Shown: in pieces, positions 49,885-59,634 of the stretch | How positions within the stretch are numbered: the stretch's first letter is position 1 | Layout of the letters: every line of letters starts with the position of its first letter | Origin: an uncultured archaeon | GTDB taxonomy: Archaea; Thermoplasmatota; Thermoplasmata; Thermoplasmatales; Thermoplasmataceae | DNA: 64,000 bases | NCBI GenBank assembly: GCA_000965745.1 | Contig: CP009479.1 | Coordinates: 192,001-256,000 of the forward strand | Direction: 5' to 3' | Position numbers and translations under genes: made by a program | The notes under the pieces: model-generated | Database searches by the model: none | The model's input: only the letters and a program-made list of their open reading frames with translations | Told to the model about the DNA's origin: nothing

Positions 49885-51129
49885 ATGTCAGACCCTTCAG
49901 AGTTATCCGTCGGTATAGATGGGCGGATTTCTTCAGTGCCGGGATTCCCGGGGAGCATCAAGGATGAGATATCAGATTTTATAGTCGAGGAGATCCCGGA
50001 CCCTTCCATAACAAGGTCGGAGGATGGAAAATACGGGTACCTCATGATAAAACTGACAGACTGGGATACGAACAAGTTTCTTTCCAGGCTGGCAAAGGAG
50101 CTTCATATCAGCAGGAAAAGAATAACCTACGCCGGGACAAAGGACAAGCGGGGAATAACTGTACAGTACTTCTGCGTGAATTCCCGGTTTTCTCCGGATG
50201 AAATAAGAATAAGTGATGCAGAGGTTCTCGAATATTTCCGTTCAGATCACTTCCTTAAGCTCGGTGATCTGGTGGGGAACAGATTCACCATCAGGATATC
50301 ATCGGAAGGGGAGAGGGAGAACGATATCCGGGAAATTTATGCATCGATAATGCGGGCGGGCGGTTTTCCAAACTTCTTCGGGATGCAGAGGTTCGGGTCG
50401 ATGAGGAGAAACACGCACAAGATTGGAAAATACATAGTTCAGGGAGACTACAGGAAAGCCGTTGAAACATACATATACGATCCAGAATTCGACACGGAAG
50501 ATTTCAGGGTGAGGTTTGGAGAAACACATGACGCTGCGGAAGCGCTGAAGGACTTTCCCCTGAGGCTGACTTTTGAGCGCTCAATTCTCGGCTACATACA
50601 GGAGAGCGGAAACTTCGAGGGTGCGTTCAGCGCGTTCCCAAAGAACCTCGGGATGCTGTTTGTCCATGCTTACCAGTCTTACATCTTCAACCGCATCCTT
50701 TCGGAAAGGCACAAGGCCATGGGAGACCTCAACGAGGCGGTCCCGGGGGATATAGCCTACGCGGTTGACCAGTACTTCAACCCCGTGGACAGGGAAGAGA
50801 TAAAAGTAAACAGGTACAACACCGATAAAATAAACCGCCTGATTGGCGAGGACAGACTCAGGCTCACCATCCCGCTGATAGGGTATGAAAGCAGGATGAC
50901 GGATAATTTCCAGGGAGAAATAGAGAGAAAAATAATGGAGGAGGAGAAGGTACTCTTCCCGCAGTTCCGTATAGGCGGTTATCCGGAACTTTCTTCAAAA
51001 GGCGACCGCAGGATAATTTCCGCAAAGCCCCTGGACTTCGAATATACTGGTGACAATACGATGAAGTTCTCCCTTGGGAGAGGTATTTATGCAACCTCTT
51101 TCCTGAGGGAGTTTCTTAAGCAGGATTAG
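49885..51129 (+). CDS. truD: tRNA pseudouridine(13) synthase
   Basis: DFIVEE, YAGTKDKRGIT, GNRFTI, PNFFGMQRFG, HAYQSYIFN, GIYATSFLRE. Confidence 0.95.
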   Translation: MSDPSELSVGIDGRISSVPGFPGSIKDEISDFIVEEIPDPSITRSEDGKYGYLMIKLTDWDTNKFLSRLAKELHISRKRITYAGTKDKRGITVQYFCVNSRFSPDEIRISDAEVLEYFRSDHFLKLGDLVGNRFTIRISSEGERENDIREIYASIMRAGGFPNFFGMQRFGSMRRNTHKIGKYIVQGDYRKAVETYIYDPEFDTEDFRVRFGETHDAAEALKDFPLRLTFERSILGYIQESGNFEGAFSAFPKNLGMLFVHAYQSYIFNRILSERHKAMGDLNEAVPGDIAYAVDQYFNPVDREEIKVNRYNTDKINRLIGEDRLRLTIPLIGYESRMTDNFQGEIERKIMEEEKVLFPQFRIGGYPELSSKGDRRIISAKPLDFEYTGDNTMKFSLGRGIYATSFLREFLKQD

Positions 51130-51680
51130 ATAAGCCCTACTTTCTGGAGTTCTTTCTTTACCTTTATAACTGCCTGCTCTATTTCGCTCTCTTCCTTGGC
51201 GCCCGTGCATACGACCTTTCCGCTTCCGAACAGAAGGAGTACAACCTTTGGTTCCTCCACCCTGTAAACAAGCCCCGGAAACTGCTCAGGCTCATATTCC
51301 ACATTCTCAAGGCCCAGAGACATTGCTATGTCCGTAAGATTGAGATCTGCCTCCAGATCGTACACAGCAACAATGTTCTGCACAACAATCTCCGGAGTAT
51401 CATAAACTTCTATTCCGGCCTTCTTCAGTTTCTGTATAATTGTCTCTATGGTAAGTTTAACATTTGCCAGGTTCTTTGCCCCAGTACAGTTGACTTTCCC
51501 GCTCCTGAAAATAAGCACGGCAGTCTTTGGCTCCTGAAGCCTGTATATAAGGCCCGGGAACTGCTCAGGCTCGTACTCTGACCCATCAAGGGCGAGGGCA
51601 ATTCTGCTCAAATCTAGGTGCTCTGCAAGCGATGTCGAGGCAACTATGTTTTCAATGTTAATCTTTTCCCTTTCACTCAT
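51126..51680 (-). CDS. tbp: TATA-box binding protein
   Basis: Two repeats of NIVA...EYEPEQFPGL.YR..EPK...L.F.SGK..CTGAK. Confidence 0.98.
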   Translation of the reverse strand: MSEREKINIENIVASTSLAEHLDLSRIALALDGSEYEPEQFPGLIYRLQEPKTAVLIFRSGKVNCTGAKNLANVKLTIETIIQKLKKAGIEVYDTPEIVVQNIVAVYDLEADLNLTDIAMSLGLENVEYEPEQFPGLVYRVEEPKVVLLLFGSGKVVCTGAKEESEIEQAVIKVKKELQKVGLI

Positions 51681-52113
51681 GAACAACCCTTCTTGGCTTT
51701 ATAAGTAATGACTATTTAAAGATGTTTTTTGCAGGCATACCCTCCTGCCTGAGAAATGCCATTGAAATATGCCTGTTACATAGGCTACAGGCGTTGCGGA
51801 AAAGAGGGAGAGAAATATGGCACTGATGCATGAAGTTCAGCCCGCCTGTGCAGCCATTTCCTTTTAATCGCTTGCCCACGGACAATATGGTTATCCCGAA
51901 CATTGGCATCCCCTGGAATGCACGCCCTTCCTCTGGCATTCCCCGATAAGCCGGTCCAGTTCTGCCAGATAGGAATCCATTCCTGAAGCCATGAAAAACA
52001 TTAAGCGTCATGGTGGTAAAGGATTGCCTGCCCTCAATATATGCAGGAAACTGAACTTTCGGGTCGACTCTCCGGGAAGGGAGAAACCGGGCATAAAAAA
52101 TAGATTTGGTTTA

Positions 52114-52413
52114 TTACATCATGTTGAGTGCTTCTTTTGCCTCATCGCTCATCAATTCAGGGTTCCACGGAGGTTCCCAGACCAGCTCAACATCTGCTGC
52201 CTCAACTCCTTCCAGGTTCTCGACAACTCTCTGTGCCTCAGAAAGTATCCATGGAGTGACTGGACAGGTTGGAGCAGTCATGGTCATCTTGATGTAAACT
52301 CTGTCATTATCAATTTTAACTTCATAAACGAGGCCCAGGTTAACAACGTCCATACCGATCTCAGGATCGGAAACCTGTTTCATTTCCTCGAGAACTTCTT
52401 CTTCTGTAACCAT
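52114..52413 (-). CDS. Metal-sulfur cluster assembly factor (DUF59/SufT/PaaD-like)
   Basis: VSDPEIGMDVVNLGLVY, TAPTCP, VWEPPWN. Confidence 0.92.
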   Translation of the reverse strand: MVTEEEVLEEMKQVSDPEIGMDVVNLGLVYEVKIDNDRVYIKMTMTAPTCPVTPWILSEAQRVVENLEGVEAADVELVWEPPWNPELMSDEAKEALNMM

Positions 52414-52538
52414 TTCTAGTCCCTCGTAAAAAAGTATTAACAAATACTTAACCGTTGTGTTAGCAAATTGAAAAACATAGGCACGTTTTTGACCGTAGGA
52501 ATTCATATACGAGTAATTGCTAGTTTAGGTGATGGCAA

Positions 52539-53192
52539 ATGTTCATGGACAGAAAGGAAGCAGGAGAAAGGCTTTCTGAGATCCTGAAGGGATTCAGGGG
52601 CAAGAAATGTGTGGTTTATGCACTCCCTAGAGGTGGACTGCCGGTAGCTTTTGAAGTTTCCAGAAACCTCTCACTCCCGCTGGATGTCCTTATTGTGAAG
52701 AAGATAGGAGCACCGTACCAGGAGGAGCTGGCCCTCGGGGCCGTCACAGAGGGAGACCCTCCCATCTTTTACTACAACAAGGATCTCATGTTCCGGATTG
52801 GTTACAGTGAGAAGGAAATTCAGCCGCTTGCCAGGAAAAAAGTAGAAGAGATAGGCCGGCTCAGGGAGTACTACCGGGAAGGTGAAGCCATGAAAATCGA
52901 CCCGGGCAGCATTGCAATAATAGTGGATGACGGAGTTGCAACTGGAGCAACTGTAAAGGCCGCTGTCAATTTCTTCAGGGAGAATGGCTACAGCAAGATC
53001 GTGGTGGCCGTGCCTGTAGCCCATGAAACAGTCCTTAGAGAGATAAAAAAGATGGCGGATGAGGTCTACTGCGTGGATGCAGTCCCGTACATGTCTGCTG
53101 TTGGAGAGTTCTACAGGGATTTCAGGGAAATATCCCATGAGCAGGCCCGCGAAATGCTGCTTGATGCACGCCGCATGATTAGCAGGGCCTGA
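52539..53192 (+). CDS. Phosphoribosyltransferase-family protein
   Basis: DRKEAG, LPRGG, KKIGAP..EELALGAV, IVDDGVATGAT. Confidence 0.9.
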   Translation: MFMDRKEAGERLSEILKGFRGKKCVVYALPRGGLPVAFEVSRNLSLPLDVLIVKKIGAPYQEELALGAVTEGDPPIFYYNKDLMFRIGYSEKEIQPLARKKVEEIGRLREYYREGEAMKIDPGSIAIIVDDGVATGATVKAAVNFFRENGYSKIVVAVPVAHETVLREIKKMADEVYCVDAVPYMSAVGEFYRDFREISHEQAREMLLDARRMISRA

Positions 53193-53202
53193 TCGGCCAC
53201 CT

Positions 53203-54168
53203 TCATGGGAGCAGAGGCTTCATCCTGGGGATCAGTGCGTTTCTTATTGATTCTGCAATCAGGTCAGATCTCAGTACCCTCTCATCCGACAGGAAACCTA
53301 CGAGACCTTCCCTGGCACCGATTCCCGCTGTGCCCTGGTGCTTCTCAAACGCTGAACTCAGGTCAAGCCCGCGCTTGACTTCCCTCACAAGGCTTTCTGG
53401 CACCTGGAAACCGCTGCTGAACCCTGTGGTAAGCTCGCCGTTCCTGTCGATCACAACCGCACAGTGGACGTCGTAGTAAGTGTCATTGAACCTGTTGCGG
53501 AAAAGCCCTGCCTCTATTCCCACGGAATAATCATAATCCTTCAGGCTGAAAATGGCCCTTTCGTATGCGAGTTCTATCACCTGGTCTCCCATGGGCTGGT
53601 TTTCTTCAGTGTTGAACTCACTGTTCTGTTCCACTGAAATGTTTGACATGAATGAAGAGAATACTGTTTTCACTGCCTCAACCTTCAGGCTGTTCCCTGT
53701 CGCGACGGCTATCCTGACGGGCTTTATCCTCCGGCCGTCTTCGTCTATTTCGCCTTCAATAATGCGTGTTGAGCTGATCGGAAACAGGTCCTCGGCAATG
53801 ACGTACGGGACGACCAATATCCTCATCGGCTCAAGCCCGTTCCTCTTCCTTGCCCCGTTTATCTTCTCCGCCCTGGAGTATGTCTCCCTCGATACAACAA
53901 TGCAGTCGTATTCCTTTCCGGTCATGGAGTTCCCCTCCCTTGAGGTGAGCGGGACAATTTCAAATTCTGCACCCAGGGATTCCAGGTATTCGGCTACCCT
54001 CCTTCTCCTCTCCTCGTAAGGGACTTTGCCGTACCTCTTGTTTTCCTCAAGGTATTCATCCGTAGTGAGGCCCACAACCACCCTGTTTCCGGTTTGCACC
54101 GCGGCCTTCAGAAGTTCCTTGTGCCCCGGATGCAGAAATGCAAATGTCCCTCCCAGGATGGTGATCAT
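53203..54168 (-). CDS. coaD: Bifunctional phosphopantetheine adenylyltransferase / YjjX-type ITP/XTP phosphatase
   Basis: GGTFAFLHPGH, GLTTD, VVSRET, ISSTRI fused to ATGNSLKVEAV, QPMG, GIEAG. Confidence 0.92.
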   Translation of the reverse strand: MITILGGTFAFLHPGHKELLKAAVQTGNRVVVGLTTDEYLEENKRYGKVPYEERRRRVAEYLESLGAEFEIVPLTSREGNSMTGKEYDCIVVSRETYSRAEKINGARKRNGLEPMRILVVPYVIAEDLFPISSTRIIEGEIDEDGRRIKPVRIAVATGNSLKVEAVKTVFSSFMSNISVEQNSEFNTEENQPMGDQVIELAYERAIFSLKDYDYSVGIEAGLFRNRFNDTYYDVHCAVVIDRNGELTTGFSSGFQVPESLVREVKRGLDLSSAFEKHQGTAGIGAREGLVGFLSDERVLRSDLIAESIRNALIPRMKPLLP

Positions 54169-54187
54169 GCTCTAGGAATCCCCTGGC

Positions 54188-55417
54188 TTATATTTTATTT
54201 TCAGCCTGGTTGCTGATCTTTGCCTCTTCTGCCTTCACCACTTCCGAAAGCCTCTTTATGCCTTCGATCAACTTTTCATTCTCCGGGAATGTGAAGTTCA
54301 GCCTCATCGACCTTGTGTGGCTGTTGTCGGCTGTGAACGCAGGGCCGCTAACATATATGACTCCTTTCCTGACCGCACTCATGAGCATCTTTGATGTGTT
54401 TATGTCTCCCTTCACGGTAGCCCATACAAACATGCCCCCTTCAGGCTTCGTCCAGGTTCCAACATCCGAAAAGTACTTCTCAAGGGAAGCCAGCATCACG
54501 TCCCTCTTATTCCTGTAGATCTCGATTGATTTCGGGACCTGCCGATCTATTATGTTCCTCTTGAGGTATTCGTAAGCTATGAACTGGGAGAGTGTGTTGG
54601 TCGAAAGGTCAAGTGCCTGCTTCAGAAGGTTGACCGTATTGGTAACCTCTTCCGAACTCACGATGTACCCCAGCCTCAGCCCTGGTGACATTATCTTTGA
54701 GAAGCTCCCCATGTAGATCACGTTCCCGTTCCTGTCGAGGCTCTTGATCGATGGTATCTTGCTGCCGGAATACCGGAGCTCGCCATAGGGGTTGTCTTCA
54801 ACGATCGGTATCTCGTGATTTTCTGAAATCTCAAGAAGATGCTTTCTCCTGTCCAGCGAGAGTGTCACACCAGTGGGATTCTGGAAATTTGGTATCACGT
54901 ATATGAACTTAGGCTTCCTTCCTTTCCCTTCAAGGTCCGTTATTCTCCGTTCGACCTCGTCTGTTACTATCCCGTTTTCATCCATCCTGATCTGGATCAT
55001 GTCCGCTGCATTGGCATTGAATGCAGAAACCGCCCCCACGTACGTCGGGGACTCTGTTATTATGGGATCGCCGGGGTCTGTGAAAATTCTTCCAATTGCA
55101 TAAAGTGCCTGCTGGGAGCCTGCTGTCACAATGATTTTGTCATCGTCGGTCTCTATGCCTTCCTTCCTGCTAACGAATTTCTTCAGCTCAGCCCTCAGGG
55201 TATCAAGGCCGGCGGTATTCCCGTATTGAAGCGCCTGGTCAGAGTTTTTCTCAATCACGTCATCGATAATCTCCCTGATTTCCTTTTTCGGAAATGTACT
55301 CGGGTCCGGCATGCCTCCGCCAAATGATACGATATCATTGCTGGTGGCGTATTTCAGGAGTTCTCGTATTTCGGAAGGCTTCATGTGTCCGACTATTTCT
55401 GATAACTTAAAATTCAT
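54188..55417 (-). CDS. PLP-dependent aminotransferase class I (LysN/Aro8-like)
   Basis: SEIRELL, SFGGGMP, PNFQNPTG, EDNPY, SFSKIMSPGLRLG. Confidence 0.93.
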   Translation of the reverse strand: MNFKLSEIVGHMKPSEIRELLKYATSNDIVSFGGGMPDPSTFPKKEIREIIDDVIEKNSDQALQYGNTAGLDTLRAELKKFVSRKEGIETDDDKIIVTAGSQQALYAIGRIFTDPGDPIITESPTYVGAVSAFNANAADMIQIRMDENGIVTDEVERRITDLEGKGRKPKFIYVIPNFQNPTGVTLSLDRRKHLLEISENHEIPIVEDNPYGELRYSGSKIPSIKSLDRNGNVIYMGSFSKIMSPGLRLGYIVSSEEVTNTVNLLKQALDLSTNTLSQFIAYEYLKRNIIDRQVPKSIEIYRNKRDVMLASLEKYFSDVGTWTKPEGGMFVWATVKGDINTSKMLMSAVRKGVIYVSGPAFTADNSHTRSMRLNFTFPENEKLIEGIKRLSEVVKAEEAKISNQAENKI

Positions 55418-55542
55418 ACAGCATCTCCCAATAAGTCAGGTCTACAGCATATAAAAATAATCCGCCAGTCATAGTATAGCACGCTTTTCTGATGAGCAGG
55501 GAATCCGTAAAATATAATATACAACTACAAATAACTCGGCGG

Positions 55543-56073
55543 ATGGATCAAGAAAGAGTAACCTGGAAGATTACGGTCCTTGGCCAGCCCGATGCGGGCA
55601 AATCATCACTCATATCCAGGATTGTGTATGATTCAGATTCAGGCGTTATAAAGCAGCGTGGGCTCATCAAGAAGAAGATGACCCTCGAGAAGGAAGGGCG
55701 GAAAGTCATAGCGGACCTCCTGTTCCTGGAGCTTAAGGACGAGGAAGGCGTGGAGAAGCTCCTCACCGGTTCAAACTGCGTTCTGGTGGCAGTCGACATC
55801 ACCAAGAATGAAGAGCTTGAGGTTGCCGCCGATATAGTGAGATACCTGTATAGCTTTGAGGAGAGCCCCCTGGTCATCCTCATTGGCACGAAATCCGACC
55901 TCAGGTATGAGGCAGTTGTGTGGGAAAAGGATTTTGACAGAGTCAGGCAGGACCTTGGAGTGGACTACTTCCTTGTCAGCGCGAAGACCGCAGACTCGAT
56001 CCCTGAACTTGTCGATCATATGGCAGAAAAACTCCTTGAAAGGTTCTATGCAAAGAGGAAAGCCAATGCATAG
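55543..56073 (+). CDS. Small Ras/Rab-like GTPase with degenerate G3
   Basis: G1 GQPDAGKSS, G4 GTKSD, G5 VSAK; no canonical DxxG. Confidence 0.82.
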   Translation: MDQERVTWKITVLGQPDAGKSSLISRIVYDSDSGVIKQRGLIKKKMTLEKEGRKVIADLLFLELKDEEGVEKLLTGSNCVLVAVDITKNEELEVAADIVRYLYSFEESPLVILIGTKSDLRYEAVVWEKDFDRVRQDLGVDYFLVSAKTADSIPELVDHMAEKLLERFYAKRKANA

Positions 56074-57007
56074 GGCCATTTGCTCAAATATCCTTTTTTC
56101 AATAACCAATTCCAGGAGCCCTTCCTTTATCATGAACAGGTACAAGCTGGGCCGCCTTGTTGAAGACACCCTTTATGTCACGCCCTTTGAGTCACTGTTC
56201 CTGTTCATTAAAGGGAGGATCAGGCCTGAAAACCCTTTTTACAGCAACAGCCTCACCCTGATGAAGGAGCTCCTGCCCGGGAGCTCAGATCTGATACTCT
56301 ACACAGTCTATGAGCAGATGAAATTGAAGGGGCTGTACGTAAAGAAGGAATCCGACTCCCTGTTTTTCAGGAAAAGCCCCAGAAATGAGTACGACGGGCC
56401 CATGAAAGTGATGAGGGAGAGCAGGGATATTTCTTTTCAGGAACTGGCGAGCCTGTCCGGCTCACTTGTCGCCACAGTGGATGATGAGAACGACACGACG
56501 TTCTTCAGGGTTTATGGCGTTGAGCCGGAAGGGTCTGCAGACCTGGGGCTTCCGGGAGGCATCAGCACAGACAGGATATCTGACAGGCACGTTGCACAAT
56601 CGGAAGGGATGCCCGATTGGATAGGAAACGACTTCAGAGGTGTGAGGTTCCTCACCGAGCTTGAAGAGTGCCTTGTGAAGGAAGGAAAGGAAGGCGGCGT
56701 CGAGTGCTCGGAAAATCCCCTTTTCCGGATATACTCCGATCTCATAGGAAGGCGCCTGATCGTCAAGACGGGATTCAAGTACGGGACAAATTTCAGGGCC
56801 TACACGAAAACAATGGAAGAGCACGCGGATTACCTTATACACTTTCTTTCAGGCAGGGATGAATGGTATAAGATCAGCAGGGCGGTACGTGTTTCCCAGG
56901 GTGTTCACAAAATTATGATTTTCGCGGGATTTCTTGATGAAGAAATAAAATATGTAGCTGTTGAAAGAATAAGAGACCCGTTTTATAAGGGCCAAAAAAA
57001 CGATTGA
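56066..57007 (+). CDS. endA: tRNA-intron endonuclease
   Basis: Two-unit architecture; C-terminal unit IYSDL..R..IVKTGFKYGTNFRAY...HA...RVSQGVHK with Y/H/K triad. Confidence 0.9.
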   Translation: MHRAICSNILFSITNSRSPSFIMNRYKLGRLVEDTLYVTPFESLFLFIKGRIRPENPFYSNSLTLMKELLPGSSDLILYTVYEQMKLKGLYVKKESDSLFFRKSPRNEYDGPMKVMRESRDISFQELASLSGSLVATVDDENDTTFFRVYGVEPEGSADLGLPGGISTDRISDRHVAQSEGMPDWIGNDFRGVRFLTELEECLVKEGKEGGVECSENPLFRIYSDLIGRRLIVKTGFKYGTNFRAYTKTMEEHADYLIHFLSGRDEWYKISRAVRVSQGVHKIMIFAGFLDEEIKYVAVERIRDPFYKGQKND

Positions 57008-57010
57008 AGT

Positions 57011-57613
57011 TCAGAGCTGAACTTCGAAATCATCTATTGTAAAGCTGAACTCTTCGTATGAGGATATGCGTCCCCTGTTCTTGAGTATCTCACGGGCAAG
57101 AAGCCAGTATATTACTGCCAGAGACCTTCTTCCCTTGTTGTTCGTTGGAATGACAAGATCAACGTAGTCGGTCTTGTTGTTTGCATCACAGAGTGCAATT
57201 ATCGGGACTCCCGTCTTCTTTGCCTCCTTCATGACCTGAGTATCTGCAAGCGGGTCTGTTACAACTATTGCCTTTGCCTCCCTGTAGCTGTCAAGCTGTG
57301 GGTTTGTCAGGGTTCCGGGTATGAATCTCCCGACTATTGAATTGGCTCCTACTACTTCGGAAAACTTGTTGACAGGCCTGAATGCGTACTGCCTCTGGGC
57401 GACCACGAGTATGTCGGAAGGCTCTATGCGCGAAAGTGTTCTGCCAGCTGTTACAAGCGCATCGTTTGTCTTTCGCACATCGAGTATGTAAAGACCGTCG
57501 TTTCTTATTTTGAAAATGTAATTCAGCATATCCTTTGATTTCATCTGTGTTCCAATATGAACACCGGATTTCTGATACTCTTCTTCTGTGATTAATAGCT
57601 CCTCATTGGTCAT
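57011..57613 (-). CDS. rps2: 30S ribosomal protein uS2
   Basis: GVHIGTQ, RNDGLYILD, GRFIPGTLTNP, PTNNKGRRSL. Confidence 0.97.
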   Translation of the reverse strand: MTNEELLITEEEYQKSGVHIGTQMKSKDMLNYIFKIRNDGLYILDVRKTNDALVTAGRTLSRIEPSDILVVAQRQYAFRPVNKFSEVVGANSIVGRFIPGTLTNPQLDSYREAKAIVVTDPLADTQVMKEAKKTGVPIIALCDANNKTDYVDLVIPTNNKGRRSLAVIYWLLAREILKNRGRISSYEEFSFTIDDFEVQL

Positions 57614-57844
57614 CAGATCACTCTTTTCTGGGATAATGTTTCCAGATATCCCGTTCTAATATATTTAATATTTTCTTTTGCTTTTTTAAATATAATTACA
57701 GGAATTATTAAAGACCGGCTTATATTGCAGGTCCCAGCAATGTTGAAATGCAATCTCCCACGGGGTGGGGAATATTCCGGGAACCACTGTGCAATGCTAA
57801 TATATGAGGATTCCTCTCTTTATAAACGCAAAGAATAAATTATC

Positions 57845-58135
57845 ATGAATGAGGAAGAGCTCAGGAGAAAGGCGGAGAAAATTGCAAAGGACAAGGTTGG
57901 GTTCCAGGTTCACCTTGGAATATACATTGCAGTCAACGTGTTCCTCATAGCCATCTGGTATTTCACAAGCCTCCCGCATGGGTCCTTCTTCCCATGGTTC
58001 ATATTCCCGCTGTTCGGTTGGGGAATAGGCATAGTTGGCCATTTCCTTGGCGCATACCGCGGAGAAGGGTACATAAGCCAGAAGGCGGAAAAGGAGTACC
58101 AGAGACTGAAGAAGCAGAAAGATATGAAATATTGA
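57845..58135 (+). CDS. 2TM-domain membrane protein
   Basis: GFQVHLGIYIAVN, PWFIFPLFGWGIGIVGH. Confidence 0.85.
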   Translation: MNEEELRRKAEKIAKDKVGFQVHLGIYIAVNVFLIAIWYFTSLPHGSFFPWFIFPLFGWGIGIVGHFLGAYRGEGYISQKAEKEYQRLKKQKDMKY

Positions 58136-58153
58136 GTGTTTTTTTTTCAGTAT

Positions 58154-59095
58154 TTATTCCCACTCAATTGTGCCGGGGGGCTTGTTGGTGACGTCGTAGA
58201 CCACCCTGTTGATCTCCCCGAATTCATTGGTGATTCGCGTTGATATTCTTTCCAGAAGGCCCCACGGCATTTTTGTAAAGGTTCCGCTCATCGCGTCAGA
58301 TGTGTCTATTGACCGTATGGCCACTGTCAGCCCATAGGAACGCTTGTCTCCATGAATTCCGGTAGTCTTGACCGGAAGGAGGACAGCGAAGAACTGCCAC
58401 GGCTTTTCTGCTTCGGATTCATAATGCTTCTGGATCTCCGTCTCCACGATATCCGTGACCCCTCTGAGAAGGTCAAGTTTTTCCCTTGTAACCTCGCCGA
58501 TAATTCTTACCGACAGCCCTGGCCCCGGGAACGGCTGAATGTTTGATGGCAGTTCAAGAAATTCTGACACTTCCCTTATCTCGTCCTTGTAGAGATCTCT
58601 CAAAGGCTCCAGGAGCTTCAGCTTCATGTTTTCCGGAAGGCCTCCCACGTTGTGGTGGCTCTTTATTGTGTCCCTTACTCCCCCTCCACTTTCGATCCAG
58701 TCAGGCGCGATTGTCCCCTGCAGCAGGTACTCTGCCCCGAATTCGTCTGCAACATCGGAAAAAACATCAATGAAAGTCCTTCCAATAATCTTCCTTTTCT
58801 CCTCCGGATCTGCCACCCCCTTGAGGTTTCCTATGAACCTGTCGGATTCGTCAAGTATCATGTAGTTGAGTCTGTATCCCCTGAAGATTTCCTCGACCCT
58901 TTCCTTCTCTCCCTTTCTCAGCAGCCCTGTGTCTATGAAAACTGTCAGGACGGAATCTCCGGCAGCCTCGTTTGAGAGGACAGCAAGCAGGGTGCTGTCC
59001 TGCCCGCCGGAGCATGCGAGGATCCCCTTTGAGGAGCCCAGTGTTCTCGAAATCGCGTCTTTTGCTTCTTTAACAAACTCGGAGGAGTCGAACAT
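58154..59095 (-). CDS. guaAB: GMP synthase, ATP pyrophosphatase subunit B
   Basis: [52 protein letters not shown]. Confidence 0.96.
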   Translation of the reverse strand: MFDSSEFVKEAKDAISRTLGSSKGILACSGGQDSTLLAVLSNEAAGDSVLTVFIDTGLLRKGEKERVEEIFRGYRLNYMILDESDRFIGNLKGVADPEEKRKIIGRTFIDVFSDVADEFGAEYLLQGTIAPDWIESGGGVRDTIKSHHNVGGLPENMKLKLLEPLRDLYKDEIREVSEFLELPSNIQPFPGPGLSVRIIGEVTREKLDLLRGVTDIVETEIQKHYESEAEKPWQFFAVLLPVKTTGIHGDKRSYGLTVAIRSIDTSDAMSGTFTKMPWGLLERISTRITNEFGEINRVVYDVTNKPPGTIEWE

Positions 59096-59211
59096 CTGGC
59101 ACTTAATTTATCTAATGAATAATAACTTATCATTTGTCCCTGGTTTCCCGTACAATAAGGAAATCCCCTGTGTTCGCGATTATTGAAGCTCCGAGCATTT
59201 CAGCTGAAGTG

Positions 59212-59249
59212 GATATATTTTAATACTTGTTATAGTTAAAGTATATCAA
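59212..59249. promoter_or_regulatory. Palindromic operator upstream of the GntR/YtrA gene
   Basis: TTG-T-TATA-N7-TATA-T-CAA at 59227-59249, plus an 11/12 inverted repeat GATATATTTTAA/TTAAAGTATATC, abutting the start codon. Confidence 0.55.
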
Positions 59250-59633
59250 TTGATGCTGATCACAATACAACCTGATTCCCCGGAACCGCTTTACCTGCAG
59301 ATATACAGCTCTGTCATCGAAGCAATTGCCGAAGGGACCATTTCGCCGGGTTCAGCCCTTCCTTCAACGAGAGAACTGGCAAGAGATCTGGGAATAAACT
59401 ACCACACAGTAAACAAGGCATACAACCTGCTCGAAATAGAAGGTTTCGTGCGGGTCAGGAAGAAAAAGGTTGAGGTTGTTGAGGCAAGCGATGAAAATAT
59501 TGAGGAATTCATCAAAAAATGGAGGTACATGATAATGGGGCTGATAAGAGAGGCAAGGGCCATGGGAATTAAAGAGGAAAGGCTATCGGAACAGTTCAGT
59601 GAACTTCTTTCTTCAGGCGCGGAGGCTGATTGA
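59250..59633 (+). CDS. GntR family (YtrA subfamily) regulator
   Basis: PLYLQI, LPSTRELARDLGINYHTVNKAYNLLE; short C-terminal domain. Confidence 0.92.
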   Translation: MMLITIQPDSPEPLYLQIYSSVIEAIAEGTISPGSALPSTRELARDLGINYHTVNKAYNLLEIEGFVRVRKKKVEVVEASDENIEEFIKKWRYMIMGLIREARAMGIKEERLSEQFSELLSSGAEAD

Positions 59634-59634
59634 A

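Noticed and set aside
51712-52100. ORFs or a known structural RNA (RNase P, SRP) between tbp and the DUF59 gene
   Set aside because: The ORFs have non-gene-like composition and no RNase P or SRP signature sequences were found; only scattered short hairpins.
43682-54168. Bacterial-type CoaA and the CoaD-YjjX fusion as novelties
   Set aside because: To my knowledge both are already described traits of Thermoplasmatales.
55856-56065. N-terminal extension of EndA overlapping the GTPase
   Set aside because: Alternative-frame overlap with low-complexity S/R/T content; ATG at 56066 (or 56048) is a more plausible start.
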